Source: Anaerolineae bacterium (lineage in GTDB: Bacteria > Chloroflexota > Anaerolineae > Promineifilales > Promineifilaceae). From it: a stretch of 24,000 nt of DNA. The position numbers and the translations under genes were made by a program. Below, piece after piece: positions 15,951-23,313 of this stretch (within the stretch, counting starts at the first letter, position 1; every line of letters starts with the position of its first letter). Where the stretch lies: positions 1,475 to 25,474 of the forward strand of contig JANTGY010000016.1 of the NCBI GenBank assembly GCA_024762695.1. Direction: 5' to 3'. The notes under the pieces were generated by a model that saw only the letters and a list, made by a program, of their open reading frames with translations, ran no database searches and was not told the DNA's origin.

Positions 15951-16066
15951 TAGGTGAAAATGGGAAAGTCATTTGAATGAGAAAAACAATGGTTCTCCCG
16001 TTTTCCCTGAGTAAACCACAAAGAATTAGCGTATTTTTTATCAAAACACTCTTTGTAGTTCACCTA
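15951..16066 (+). mobile_element. MITE copy 2 (full length), TA-flanked
   Basis: TA|GGTGAAAATGGGAAAGTCATTTGAATGAG...GTAGTTCACC|TA. About 90% identical by eye to the reverse complement of copy 4. Terminal inverted repeats GGTGAA/TTCACC. Confidence 0.75.
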
Positions 16067-16107
16067 TGCGAAGGCATATATACCCATTTTTAAATTAGGA
16101 GCGCTAA

Positions 16108-18525
16108 ATGACCAAATCAAAATCATTGTTATTTACTTTCATCACGGCCGTTCTCGGCATGGGGATGGCGGCCTATCTGTTTTTCTGGCTGGACGGCGCG
16201 ACGGTAATCCAGGCCGCGCCAACCGCCACCTGGTATGTCAATGTCGCCACTGGCGATGATGGCAATGGCTGCTTGTCGGCCGGCGACGCCTGCCAAACCA
16301 TCGCCGCCACCGTGGACAAAGCGGCCGACGACGACACCATCCAAATCGCCGCCGGAACGTATGTCGAACATGACATTGAAATTTATAAGCGGTTAACCTT
16401 GATTGGCGCGGGCGCGGGCAGCACAATTCTGGATGGAAACCACGCCGGCCGTGTCTTGAGAACGGGAGCCGCCTCTACGATTGTTGGCGTTACCATTCAA
16501 AATGGAGCGATTATCACGCCATCGGCCCTCATTTTCGACACGAGCGGCGGGGCCATCTTGAACAGCAATTCCTTGACTCTGCGCGACAGTGTGGTGATCA
16601 ACAACGGAGCAATAGGCAGTGGTGGGGCAATTTTCACGCTAAACGGAGCGCTAGTCATCGAAAACAGCGAGATTATCAGCAATACGGCCGTCGGCAACGG
16701 CGGCGCTATTTTCGGCTATTTGACGGCAGGGACGATTTCGGTCACTGATTCGTTGTTGGCTGATAATACGGCCGTCGGCAGTTCAGGCGGCGCAGTTGAC
16801 ACCACCATTGACCTGTATATAAACAACGTCACCGTCCGCGACAACAGCGCCACTTCCTTTGGCGGCGGCTTGAATATCAACGCCGCCGCCACCTTGGAAA
16901 ACAGCCTCATCACCGGCAACGAATCTGCCTCTGGCGCGGCCATCTTCTCTCAATCTAACGCGGCAATCACCCTGACCAACATGACCGTTAGCGAAAACAC
17001 AGCCAGTAATAATCAAGGCGGCATCTACGTAAGCGGTCCCACCGTCTCGCTGGTTGTGCAAAACAGTACCATCGCCAACAACCACCGCACCAACACCGGC
17101 GGAACGGGCTATAACGGCTTAATGATCGGCAACGACGCGTCGGTTGAGATTGTCAACACGATTTTTGCCAATAACGATGATCGAAACTGCGGCGGCACGA
17201 CCGGCAACTGGACATCGTTGGGTTACAACCTATCTACCGATTTCCAATGCGCCCTGACTCAAACGGGCGATCAGCAAGGAATAGACCCGCTGCTGGGACT
17301 ATTGGCCGACAACGGCGGCGCAGCGCTGACCCATGCTCTCCAGGCCAACAGTCCGGCGATTGACGCAGGAACCAATTCTAGCTGCCCAGCCACCGACCAA
17401 CGCGGCGTGACACGGCCGTATGACGGCGATAACAACGGCACAGCCACTTGCGACATCGGCGCTTTCGAGGCCCAACATCGCCTGACAATCGAGGATGTCG
17501 CCATTGTTGAGGGTGACAGCGGCACAGTCAGCGCCGTTTTCACCGTCACCCTTTCCCCCGACCACAGCCAGACGGTAACGGTGGATTATGCCACCAGCGA
17601 CGACACGGCAGCGGCGGGCAGCGATTATACGGCCGTTTCTAACGCCCTCACCTTCAATCCCGGCGAAACAACCAAATTCGTCACCGTTCCCGTGATCGGC
17701 GATTTTAGCGATGAGCCGGATGAAACGTTTTTTGTGACGTTAAGCAATGCAAATAATGCGGCCGTTTTGGACGATACGGCCGTCGGCACAATTATTGACG
17801 ACGACGGCTTGCCGGTTCTGACCATTGCCGACCAAACCCTTTTGGAAGGAGACAGCGGCACAACTAGCATGGTCTTTGACGTCGCCCTCTCCATCGCCAG
17901 TGTAGATGTGGTGACAGTGAATTATGCGACGGTTAACGGTTCGGCGACGGCCGGGGAAGATTATACGGCCGCTGCTGGCGCCCTCACCTTCCAACCCAAC
18001 GAAATCAGCAAACAAATCACCGTACCAATCAATGGCGACGATGTGGACGAGGGCGACAGCGAAGCCTTCACCCTCCAACTCTCCAGCCCTAGCAACGCCA
18101 ACATCAGCGACGGCGTCGGCGACGGAACCATCACCGACGACGACACCGCCCGCTTGTCGCACGGCCTCGGCCCGCAGGTATTTGAAGGCGACAGCGGCAC
18201 GACCCCGGCCACCTTCACCGTGACCCTCTCCACGCCGGCCGATTTCATCATTACCGTTGATTATGCGGTAAACCCCGGCTGCTGCGACGGCCACGCCTTT
18301 GAAGGAACAGACTTCAACCCCGCGTCGGGAACGCTCACCTTCCAACCGGGCGAAACGGTGCAAACCTACGCCGTCCAAATTATCGGCGATACCGAGGCCG
18401 AAGAAGATGAGTTCATCAGTTCCCAAATTAGCAATGCCACTGTCCCCATCTCGGTCAATGGCAGTAATGGCTATATACTGAACGACGATGATTACAAAGT
18501 TTTCTTGCCCATGATTACGAGATAG
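16108..18525 (+). CDS. secreted/anchored right-handed beta-helix protein with three C-terminal Calx-beta domains
   Basis: AGGAG upstream. N-terminal hydrophobic anchor. Many PbH1-type repeats (N.A..GGAI). DQRGVTRPYDGDNNGTATCDIGAFE closes the beta-helix. Then three repeats of about 110 aa (nt about 17480..18492) with the EGDSGT...V.Y.T..G.A.AG.DY....G.L.F.PGE......V.I.GD..E..E.F pattern. Confidence 0.8.
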   Translation: MTKSKSLLFTFITAVLGMGMAAYLFFWLDGATVIQAAPTATWYVNVATGDDGNGCLSAGDACQTIAATVDKAADDDTIQIAAGTYVEHDIEIYKRLTLIGAGAGSTILDGNHAGRVLRTGAASTIVGVTIQNGAIITPSALIFDTSGGAILNSNSLTLRDSVVINNGAIGSGGAIFTLNGALVIENSEIISNTAVGNGGAIFGYLTAGTISVTDSLLADNTAVGSSGGAVDTTIDLYINNVTVRDNSATSFGGGLNINAAATLENSLITGNESASGAAIFSQSNAAITLTNMTVSENTASNNQGGIYVSGPTVSLVVQNSTIANNHRTNTGGTGYNGLMIGNDASVEIVNTIFANNDDRNCGGTTGNWTSLGYNLSTDFQCALTQTGDQQGIDPLLGLLADNGGAALTHALQANSPAIDAGTNSSCPATDQRGVTRPYDGDNNGTATCDIGAFEAQHRLTIEDVAIVEGDSGTVSAVFTVTLSPDHSQTVTVDYATSDDTAAAGSDYTAVSNALTFNPGETTKFVTVPVIGDFSDEPDETFFVTLSNANNAAVLDDTAVGTIIDDDGLPVLTIADQTLLEGDSGTTSMVFDVALSIASVDVVTVNYATVNGSATAGEDYTAAAGALTFQPNEISKQITVPINGDDVDEGDSEAFTLQLSSPSNANISDGVGDGTITDDDTARLSHGLGPQVFEGDSGTTPATFTVTLSTPADFIITVDYAVNPGCCDGHAFEGTDFNPASGTLTFQPGETVQTYAVQIIGDTEAEEDEFISSQISNATVPISVNGSNGYILNDDDYKVFLPMITR

Positions 18526-18534
18526 ATGCAAAAA

Positions 18535-18567
18535 ATCCACCCGGAGGGTCGAAACCTCCGGGTGGAT
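18535..18567 (+). terminator. perfect 13-bp hairpin after the Calx-beta gene
   Basis: ATCCACCCGGAGG-gtcgaaa-CCTCCGGGTGGAT. The U-run is on the opposite strand (A5 precedes the stem on +), so it may work bidirectionally or only weakly on +. Confidence 0.5.
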
Positions 18568-18689
18568 CGCCCATTTGTCATTTATTTCACGAAGTTGTGG
18601 GTCAGCGCGGCGTGCGCTATGCTTGACTCATTGGGGAGCGATTTTATTTTCCGGCAGTGAACCAATAGTCTGCCATTGACGAGGACATT

Positions 18690-19457
18690 ATGCAACGCAG
18701 ACTGATTACTTTGGCAATGATGTATCTAGGCGCGGCAACGGCCGTCATCCTGCTAATTGATGGTCTTTCGATTACGTATGGGGCCAAGGATGCGGTTACA
18801 ACCGTTACCACTGTTCTGTACGACGGCCGTTTGGGGACCCTTCCTGACGACCAAAGTTTTTCCTATGGCGAACTACCTTTCCCCCCGTTTGCCACGCAAA
18901 CGATCAGCGACAGCGGCGTCATTTTGGATTCAACGACCAGCGCCAGCATCCAAGCCGGTTATGGCGTCACTGCCAGCAACAGCATCATACTTGATCGCCA
19001 CACTGGCTATAAAGTTACTTTTGAGGCGCACGTTCTGACGCAAACGGCCGTTAACAATGACCGCGCCGGATTCAGCCTTATCGTTCTCAGCGAGGATTTA
19101 GAAGGTATTGAACTAAGCTTCTGGAACGATCAGATTTTCTCGCAAGATGATGGGGGCAATTTGTTTGGGCGGGGCGAAACGGCCAATTTTGACACGATGG
19201 TCGCACCAACTCTATATGATTTGCAAATTTTTAGCGGCACATACACCTTATCCAGCAGCGGGACAGAAATTATGAACGGCCGTCTCCGCAATTACAGCGC
19301 TTTTGAACCGCCTCCCGGATATCCCGACCCCTATGAAACGCCCAGTTTCATCTTTTTAGGCGACAATACAACCTCCGCCCAGGCCAGCGTCAAAATTGAT
19401 TACGTCGCCGTCCGGCCCAACGATCTCATCTTTCTGCCATTTGCAATTCGGCCTTAA
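18690..19457 (+). CDS. hypothetical secreted/anchored protein (possible lectin-like beta-sandwich)
   Basis: 255 aa with an N-terminal hydrophobic segment LITLAMMYLGAATAVILLI and no catalytic motif recognised. The C-terminal tail LIFLPFAIRP resembles the tail of the upstream gene. The stop codon TAA overlaps the first bases of MITE copy 3. Confidence 0.55.
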   Translation: MQRRLITLAMMYLGAATAVILLIDGLSITYGAKDAVTTVTTVLYDGRLGTLPDDQSFSYGELPFPPFATQTISDSGVILDSTTSASIQAGYGVTASNSIILDRHTGYKVTFEAHVLTQTAVNNDRAGFSLIVLSEDLEGIELSFWNDQIFSQDDGGNLFGRGETANFDTMVAPTLYDLQIFSGTYTLSSSGTEIMNGRLRNYSAFEPPPGYPDPYETPSFIFLGDNTTSAQASVKIDYVAVRPNDLIFLPFAIRP

Positions 19458-19570
19458 GTAAACCACAACAAGTATTTTGATAAATAATACGCTAATTCGT
19501 TGTGGTTTACTCAAGGAAAACGGGAGAACCACTGTTTTCCTCATTCAAATGACTTTTCTCTTTTCACCTC
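19455..19570 (-). mobile_element. MITE copy 3 (full length, most diverged ends)
   Basis: TA|AGTAAACCAC...CTTTTCACC|TC. Inverted relative to copies 1 and 2. Confidence 0.7.
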
Positions 19571-19642
19571 ACTCACGCTCCGGTTCTTATACGCAAGACA
19601 GTGGGAAACGGCCGTTCCCCGCCCCATAACAAAAAACAACTG

Positions 19643-20068
19643 TCAAAGACGGCCGTTCCCATTATCCATCTTGCGTTCCAGAGGAGCCAACTTATCCAAC
19701 TCCCCTTTTTTAAGCTCACATTCCCAGATACGGATAACTTGCCAATTCTTTTGCGTTAACTGCTCCGTAACGTGTTTATCCCGGGCCATGTTACGCTGTC
19801 GTTTCTTTTGCCAATAGTCGGCGTTGGCAGACGGCCGTGTATTGCGACAATCATGCCCGTGCCAAAAACAACCATCCACAAAAACGACAATACGCAGCTT
19901 AGGGAACACAAAATCCGGCTTGCCCAGCAGCTTATAATTGCGCCGCCAGCCCTTCCAGCCTCGTTCCTTGAAAATCTGAATCAGCTTCAGTTCAGTGGAT
20001 TTGTTGCCCTTTGATTTAACCGCCCGCATAATTTCGGAACGTTTTTTCTTGGAAAATGTGTCAGTCAT
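19643..20068 (-). CDS. vsr: very-short-patch-repair endonuclease
   Basis: 141 aa. KKKRSEIMRAVKSKGNKSTE...GKPDFVFPKLRIVVFVDGCFWHGHDC...YWQKKRQRNMARD...WQVIRIWECE matches the Vsr family throughout. The ATG overlaps the dcm stop (ATGA at 20065..20068). Confidence 0.9.
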   Translation of the reverse strand: MTDTFSKKKRSEIMRAVKSKGNKSTELKLIQIFKERGWKGWRRNYKLLGKPDFVFPKLRIVVFVDGCFWHGHDCRNTRPSANADYWQKKRQRNMARDKHVTEQLTQKNWQVIRIWECELKKGELDKLAPLERKMDNGNGRL

Positions 20069-20979
20069 CTTAGATGCAGTATAACCGATTCCAACACCGC
20101 CCGAACCACATTAACGGGAACCGAATTCCCCGCTTGTTTTCGCGCCTGGAAATCGGACACAACAATTTTGTACGAATCGGGGAAGCCTTGCAAACGCAGC
20201 ATCTCGCGGGGCGTCAGCCGCCGTTCGCCGTTGACCAGCAAATAATTGTACGAAGCCCCAGCCCGCAGCGCGCATGAGTAGGGATAAGAACTGACATTGC
20301 CGGACTTGTTCTCATGCCAAACTGACGGCGTGTGTGCTGGCGTATGCGCGTCCAAACGCTTTTGCCGGATTTTTTCGGAAGCGTAATGCTTGGCGGCCAC
20401 ATCGGGTTCGAGGATGGCGCTGAGCGGCGTATAAGCCGCCTGTTTGGTGGGCCATTGAAAGGAAACCGGCTGGCGAAAGCCAACAATAAAGATGCGTTCT
20501 CTTTTTTGCGGCAGGCCATAATCAAGCGCATTTAACACACGATACTCGTGAAAGTAGCCTAAATCAGTCAAGATTTCGTTTATCTTGGTCAAAGTGCGCC
20601 CTTTGTCGTGTCCAACCAATCGCTTGACATTTTCCAGCACGAATGCCTGGGGCTTTTTGGCAGCCAAAATGCGGGCAATGTCGAAAAAGAGCGTGCCCCG
20701 CGTATCGGCAAAGCCTTCGCCTTTGCCAATGATGCTAAAGGGCTGGCAAGGAAATCCGGCAAACAATAAATCATGATCGGGCACATCTTCAGCGGCGATT
20801 TGGGTGATGTCGCCGACGGGCAGGTCGCCGAAGTTGGCCTGGTAGGTTTGGCGGGCGTAGGGGTCAATATCGCTAGAGAAGACGCAGCGAGCAGGGATGG
20901 CGCGGTGGATAAATACCTGTTCAGCAGCTATGCGAAAGCCGCCAATGCCACAAAACAAGTCAATGAAGTTGATGGTCAT
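20065..20979 (-). CDS. dcm: DNA (cytosine-5)-methyltransferase
   Basis: Starts at MTINFIDLFCGIGGFR (motif I). FAGFPCQPFS (motif IV, PCQ), FVLENVKRL (VI), QKRERIFIVGF (VIII), GNSVPVNVV (X). The ORF-track N-terminal extension to 21039 overlaps the upstream gene. The ATG at 20979 lies 1 nt after the rfbH stop. Confidence 0.9.
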   Translation of the reverse strand: MTINFIDLFCGIGGFRIAAEQVFIHRAIPARCVFSSDIDPYARQTYQANFGDLPVGDITQIAAEDVPDHDLLFAGFPCQPFSIIGKGEGFADTRGTLFFDIARILAAKKPQAFVLENVKRLVGHDKGRTLTKINEILTDLGYFHEYRVLNALDYGLPQKRERIFIVGFRQPVSFQWPTKQAAYTPLSAILEPDVAAKHYASEKIRQKRLDAHTPAHTPSVWHENKSGNVSSYPYSCALRAGASYNYLLVNGERRLTPREMLRLQGFPDSYKIVVSDFQARKQAGNSVPVNVVRAVLESVILHLR

Positions 20980-20980
20980 G

Positions 20981-22306
20981 TTATTGGAGGCTGGTAAACG
21001 GCCGTGCAAAATCCCGGAACATCGCCAGCACATAGTCAATCATTTCATGTGTAAGACCAGGATATACGCCAATCCAAAAAGAGCCATTCATAATGACGTC
21101 GGTATTGGCCAATGAGCCAACGACACGATGCGGGATGTTTTGGTAGGCCGGTTGGCGGATGAGATTGCCGCCGAACAACTGCCGGGTGGCGATTTTGCGG
21201 TCGTCGAGGTAACGAATCAATTCGTTGCGGCCAAAGGGAGCTTCAGGCCGCACAGTTAACAGAAAACCAAACCAACTGGGGTCGCTCTTGGGTGTCGGTT
21301 CCGGCAAAACGAAAAATTCCTCCAGCAGTTTGAGACCGTCGTACAATCGCTGCCAATTGCGCTTGCGGGCGGCAATGAAGCCGTCCAATTTTTTTAGCTG
21401 GGCCACGCCGACGGCCGCTTGCATGTCGGTCATTTTCAGGTTATAGCCGATGTGGGAATAAATATATTTGTGGTCGTAGCCGTAGGGTAAATCGCCCAAC
21501 TGCCACTCGAACCGTTTGCCGCAAGTGTTGTCTTTGCCCGGCGGACACCAACAGTCACGCCCCCAATCACGGAAGGATTCGACTAACTTTTTGAGACGGG
21601 GTCGGTCGGTAAGGACAACGCCCCCTTCGCCCATGGTGATGTGGTGAGCGGGATAAAAGCTGACGGTAGAGAGATGGCCGAATGTGCCGGTAAAACGGCC
21701 GTTGTACCGGCTGCCCAGCGCGTCGCAGTTATCTTCAATCAACCATAAATCGTGTTCGTTGGCAACGGCCGTAACCGTATCCAGGTCAAACGGATTCCCC
21801 AGCGTATGGGCAATCATGATCGCTTTCGTCCGCGGCGTGATCGCTTCATCCAAACGAGACACGTCAATATTGTGCGTTTGCAGGTCAACATCCAGAAACA
21901 CAGGCATCATCCCATTTTGAATGATGGGGTTGACGGTGGTCGGAAAGCCGGCGGCGACGGTAACAACCTCATCGCCCGGCTGCAACTGCCGTTTGCCCAG
22001 ACTGGGAGATGTAAGCGCCGACAAGGCCAACAGATTGGCCGATGAACCGGAGTTACATAAGCTGGCGTGGCGCACGCCCAAATAACGAGTTAACTCTTGC
22101 TCGAACAGTTCCGCGTAACGACCAGTTGTCAACCAAAATTCCAGCGAAGAATCTACCAGGTTGACCATTTCGGCGGCGTCAAACACTTTACCGGAAACGG
22201 GCACGGCCGTTTTCCCCGGCACAAACGGCTCATCGCCAAACGCTTCCTCATGATAAGCTTGCACCAGGTCTAAAATTTGTCGTTTAATCGCTTCACTTTT
22301 ACTCAT
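20981..22306 (-). CDS. rfbH: RfbH/DdhC-type PMP-dependent CDP-4-keto-6-deoxy-D-glucose-3-dehydrase (DegT/DnrJ/EryC1 fold)
   Basis: 441 aa, collinear by recall with Salmonella RfbH. His-for-Lys active site [14 protein letters not shown], Cys-rich Fe-S segment [21 protein letters not shown], and SDPSWFGF. Confidence 0.8.
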   Translation of the reverse strand: MSKSEAIKRQILDLVQAYHEEAFGDEPFVPGKTAVPVSGKVFDAAEMVNLVDSSLEFWLTTGRYAELFEQELTRYLGVRHASLCNSGSSANLLALSALTSPSLGKRQLQPGDEVVTVAAGFPTTVNPIIQNGMMPVFLDVDLQTHNIDVSRLDEAITPRTKAIMIAHTLGNPFDLDTVTAVANEHDLWLIEDNCDALGSRYNGRFTGTFGHLSTVSFYPAHHITMGEGGVVLTDRPRLKKLVESFRDWGRDCWCPPGKDNTCGKRFEWQLGDLPYGYDHKYIYSHIGYNLKMTDMQAAVGVAQLKKLDGFIAARKRNWQRLYDGLKLLEEFFVLPEPTPKSDPSWFGFLLTVRPEAPFGRNELIRYLDDRKIATRQLFGGNLIRQPAYQNIPHRVVGSLANTDVIMNGSFWIGVYPGLTHEMIDYVLAMFRDFARPFTSLQ

Positions 22307-22326
22307 GCTTCGTTCTGCCGCTTAGT

Positions 22327-22385
22327 TGATTTCCGTGCTGGAATTTTATTACGCAGAGGTTCACGGAGAGAAAACAGAGAAAAGG
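22327..22385. repeat. left arm of the repeat cluster flanking MITE copy 4
   Basis: TGATTTCCGTGC (22327..22338) recurs at 22612..22623. ATTACGCAGAG (22348..22358) is inverted at 22593..22603 (CTCTGTGTAAT). Confidence 0.5.
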
Positions 22386-22397
22386 CGGTTTTTATGC

Positions 22398-22513
22398 TAG
22401 GTAAACCACAAAAAGTATTTTGATAAAAAATGCGCTAATTCGTTGTGGTTTACTCAGGCAAAACGGGAGAACCATTGGTTTCCTCATTCAAATGACTTTC
22501 CCGTTTTCACCTA
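22398..22513 (-). mobile_element. MITE copy 4 (full length), TA-flanked
   Basis: TA|GGTAAACCACAAAAAG...CCCGTTTTCACC|TA. Lies in the 5' region of the rfbH-dcm-vsr operon. Confidence 0.75.
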
Positions 22514-22554
22514 GTTTTAGAGAAAAAGTATCATTTTAAACAAGCATCACTCTC

Positions 22555-22623
22555 TCTTCTTCTCTGTGCAACTCCGTGCCTTCTCCGCGTGTCTCTGTGT
22601 AATGTTCTTAATGATTTCCGTGC
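22555..22623. repeat. right arm of the repeat cluster flanking MITE copy 4
   Basis: ttcttctctgtgcaactccgtgccttctccgcgtgtctctgtgtaat is an extended inverted version of the left arm, followed by the 12-nt direct repeat TGATTTCCGTGC. Confidence 0.5.
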
Positions 22624-22702
22624 CCATTATAAACGCCATCGCTCGTCGCAGCGCGTCGTTTACCCTACAAATTGTATATCGAAAAGGGGCAAATGGGGAT
22701 GG

Positions 22703-23242
22703 TTAGCTATTTTTGAGGAATTCGGCGGCGCGGAGGATGCCGATGATGCTTTTGGCATCGCGGATACGGCCGTCTCGCGCCATCGCCGTCAGATCAGATA
22801 AAGTAAACGGCCGTACCTCAATCTCTTCATCTGCATCCTGGGGCAAAGGGTCGGCATGCAAGCCCGTCGCCAGATAAATCTGCATCAACTCATTCGATAG
22901 GCCCGGCGTCGGCCAAATTTCGCCCAGCAGTGTCAACGACTCGGCCCGAAAGCCAGTCTCCTCGCGCAGTTCCCGCTGGGCGCATGCCAACCAATCCTCA
23001 TCCCAGCCGCGCGTTCCCGCCGGCAGCTCCAAAATCGTCTCGTCCAGCGCGCGCCGGTATTGGCGCAGCGCCAGCAGTTCCGGCCCACGCTCTGTCTGGC
23101 GCAGCGGAACCAAAACCACCGCCCCAGGATGTTCTACATAGGCGCGTTCATAGGGAGTGTTGTCGGGGAGAACGGCCGTTTCCGCCACCAATCGCCACGA
23201 ACCAGCCTTCTCCCAGACAAGACGGGGTTTTCTATTATGCAA
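22703..23242 (-). CDS. NUDIX hydrolase (ADP-ribose pyrophosphatase-like)
   Basis: Nudix box GTRGWDEDWLACAQRELREETGF (G-x5-E-x7-REUxEExGU). TTG start with a weak AGGA upstream, so the start is uncertain. Confidence 0.75.
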   Translation of the reverse strand: MHNRKPRLVWEKAGSWRLVAETAVLPDNTPYERAYVEHPGAVVLVPLRQTERGPELLALRQYRRALDETILELPAGTRGWDEDWLACAQRELREETGFRAESLTLLGEIWPTPGLSNELMQIYLATGLHADPLPQDADEEIEVRPFTLSDLTAMARDGRIRDAKSIIGILRAAEFLKNS

Positions 23243-23253
23243 GGGAGAATCCT

Positions 23254-23296
23254 AAAAAAACGTAAGACGTAAAACGCAATTTTGAACGCTTACGTT
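23254..23296 (-). terminator. intrinsic terminator after the LysM gene
   Basis: On the minus strand: AACGTAAG...CTTACGTT followed by a T-run (7 T including the stem end). An alternative inner pairing ACGTAAAACG/CGTTTTACGT is possible. Confidence 0.55.
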
Positions 23297-23313
23297 TTAC
23301 GTTTCGCAATCTT

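Noticed and set aside
19643-22306. dcm as part of a type II restriction-modification system
   Set aside because: No candidate endonuclease ORF lies adjacent. The flanking genes are a clear Vsr and a clear RfbH, so I treat it as a solitary methyltransferase with VSP repair.
6543-22513. The repeated hairpin-containing units as a CRISPR array
   Set aside because: Copies are kilobases apart, about 116 bp long, in both orientations and TA-flanked. No regular repeat-spacer periodicity and no cas genes.
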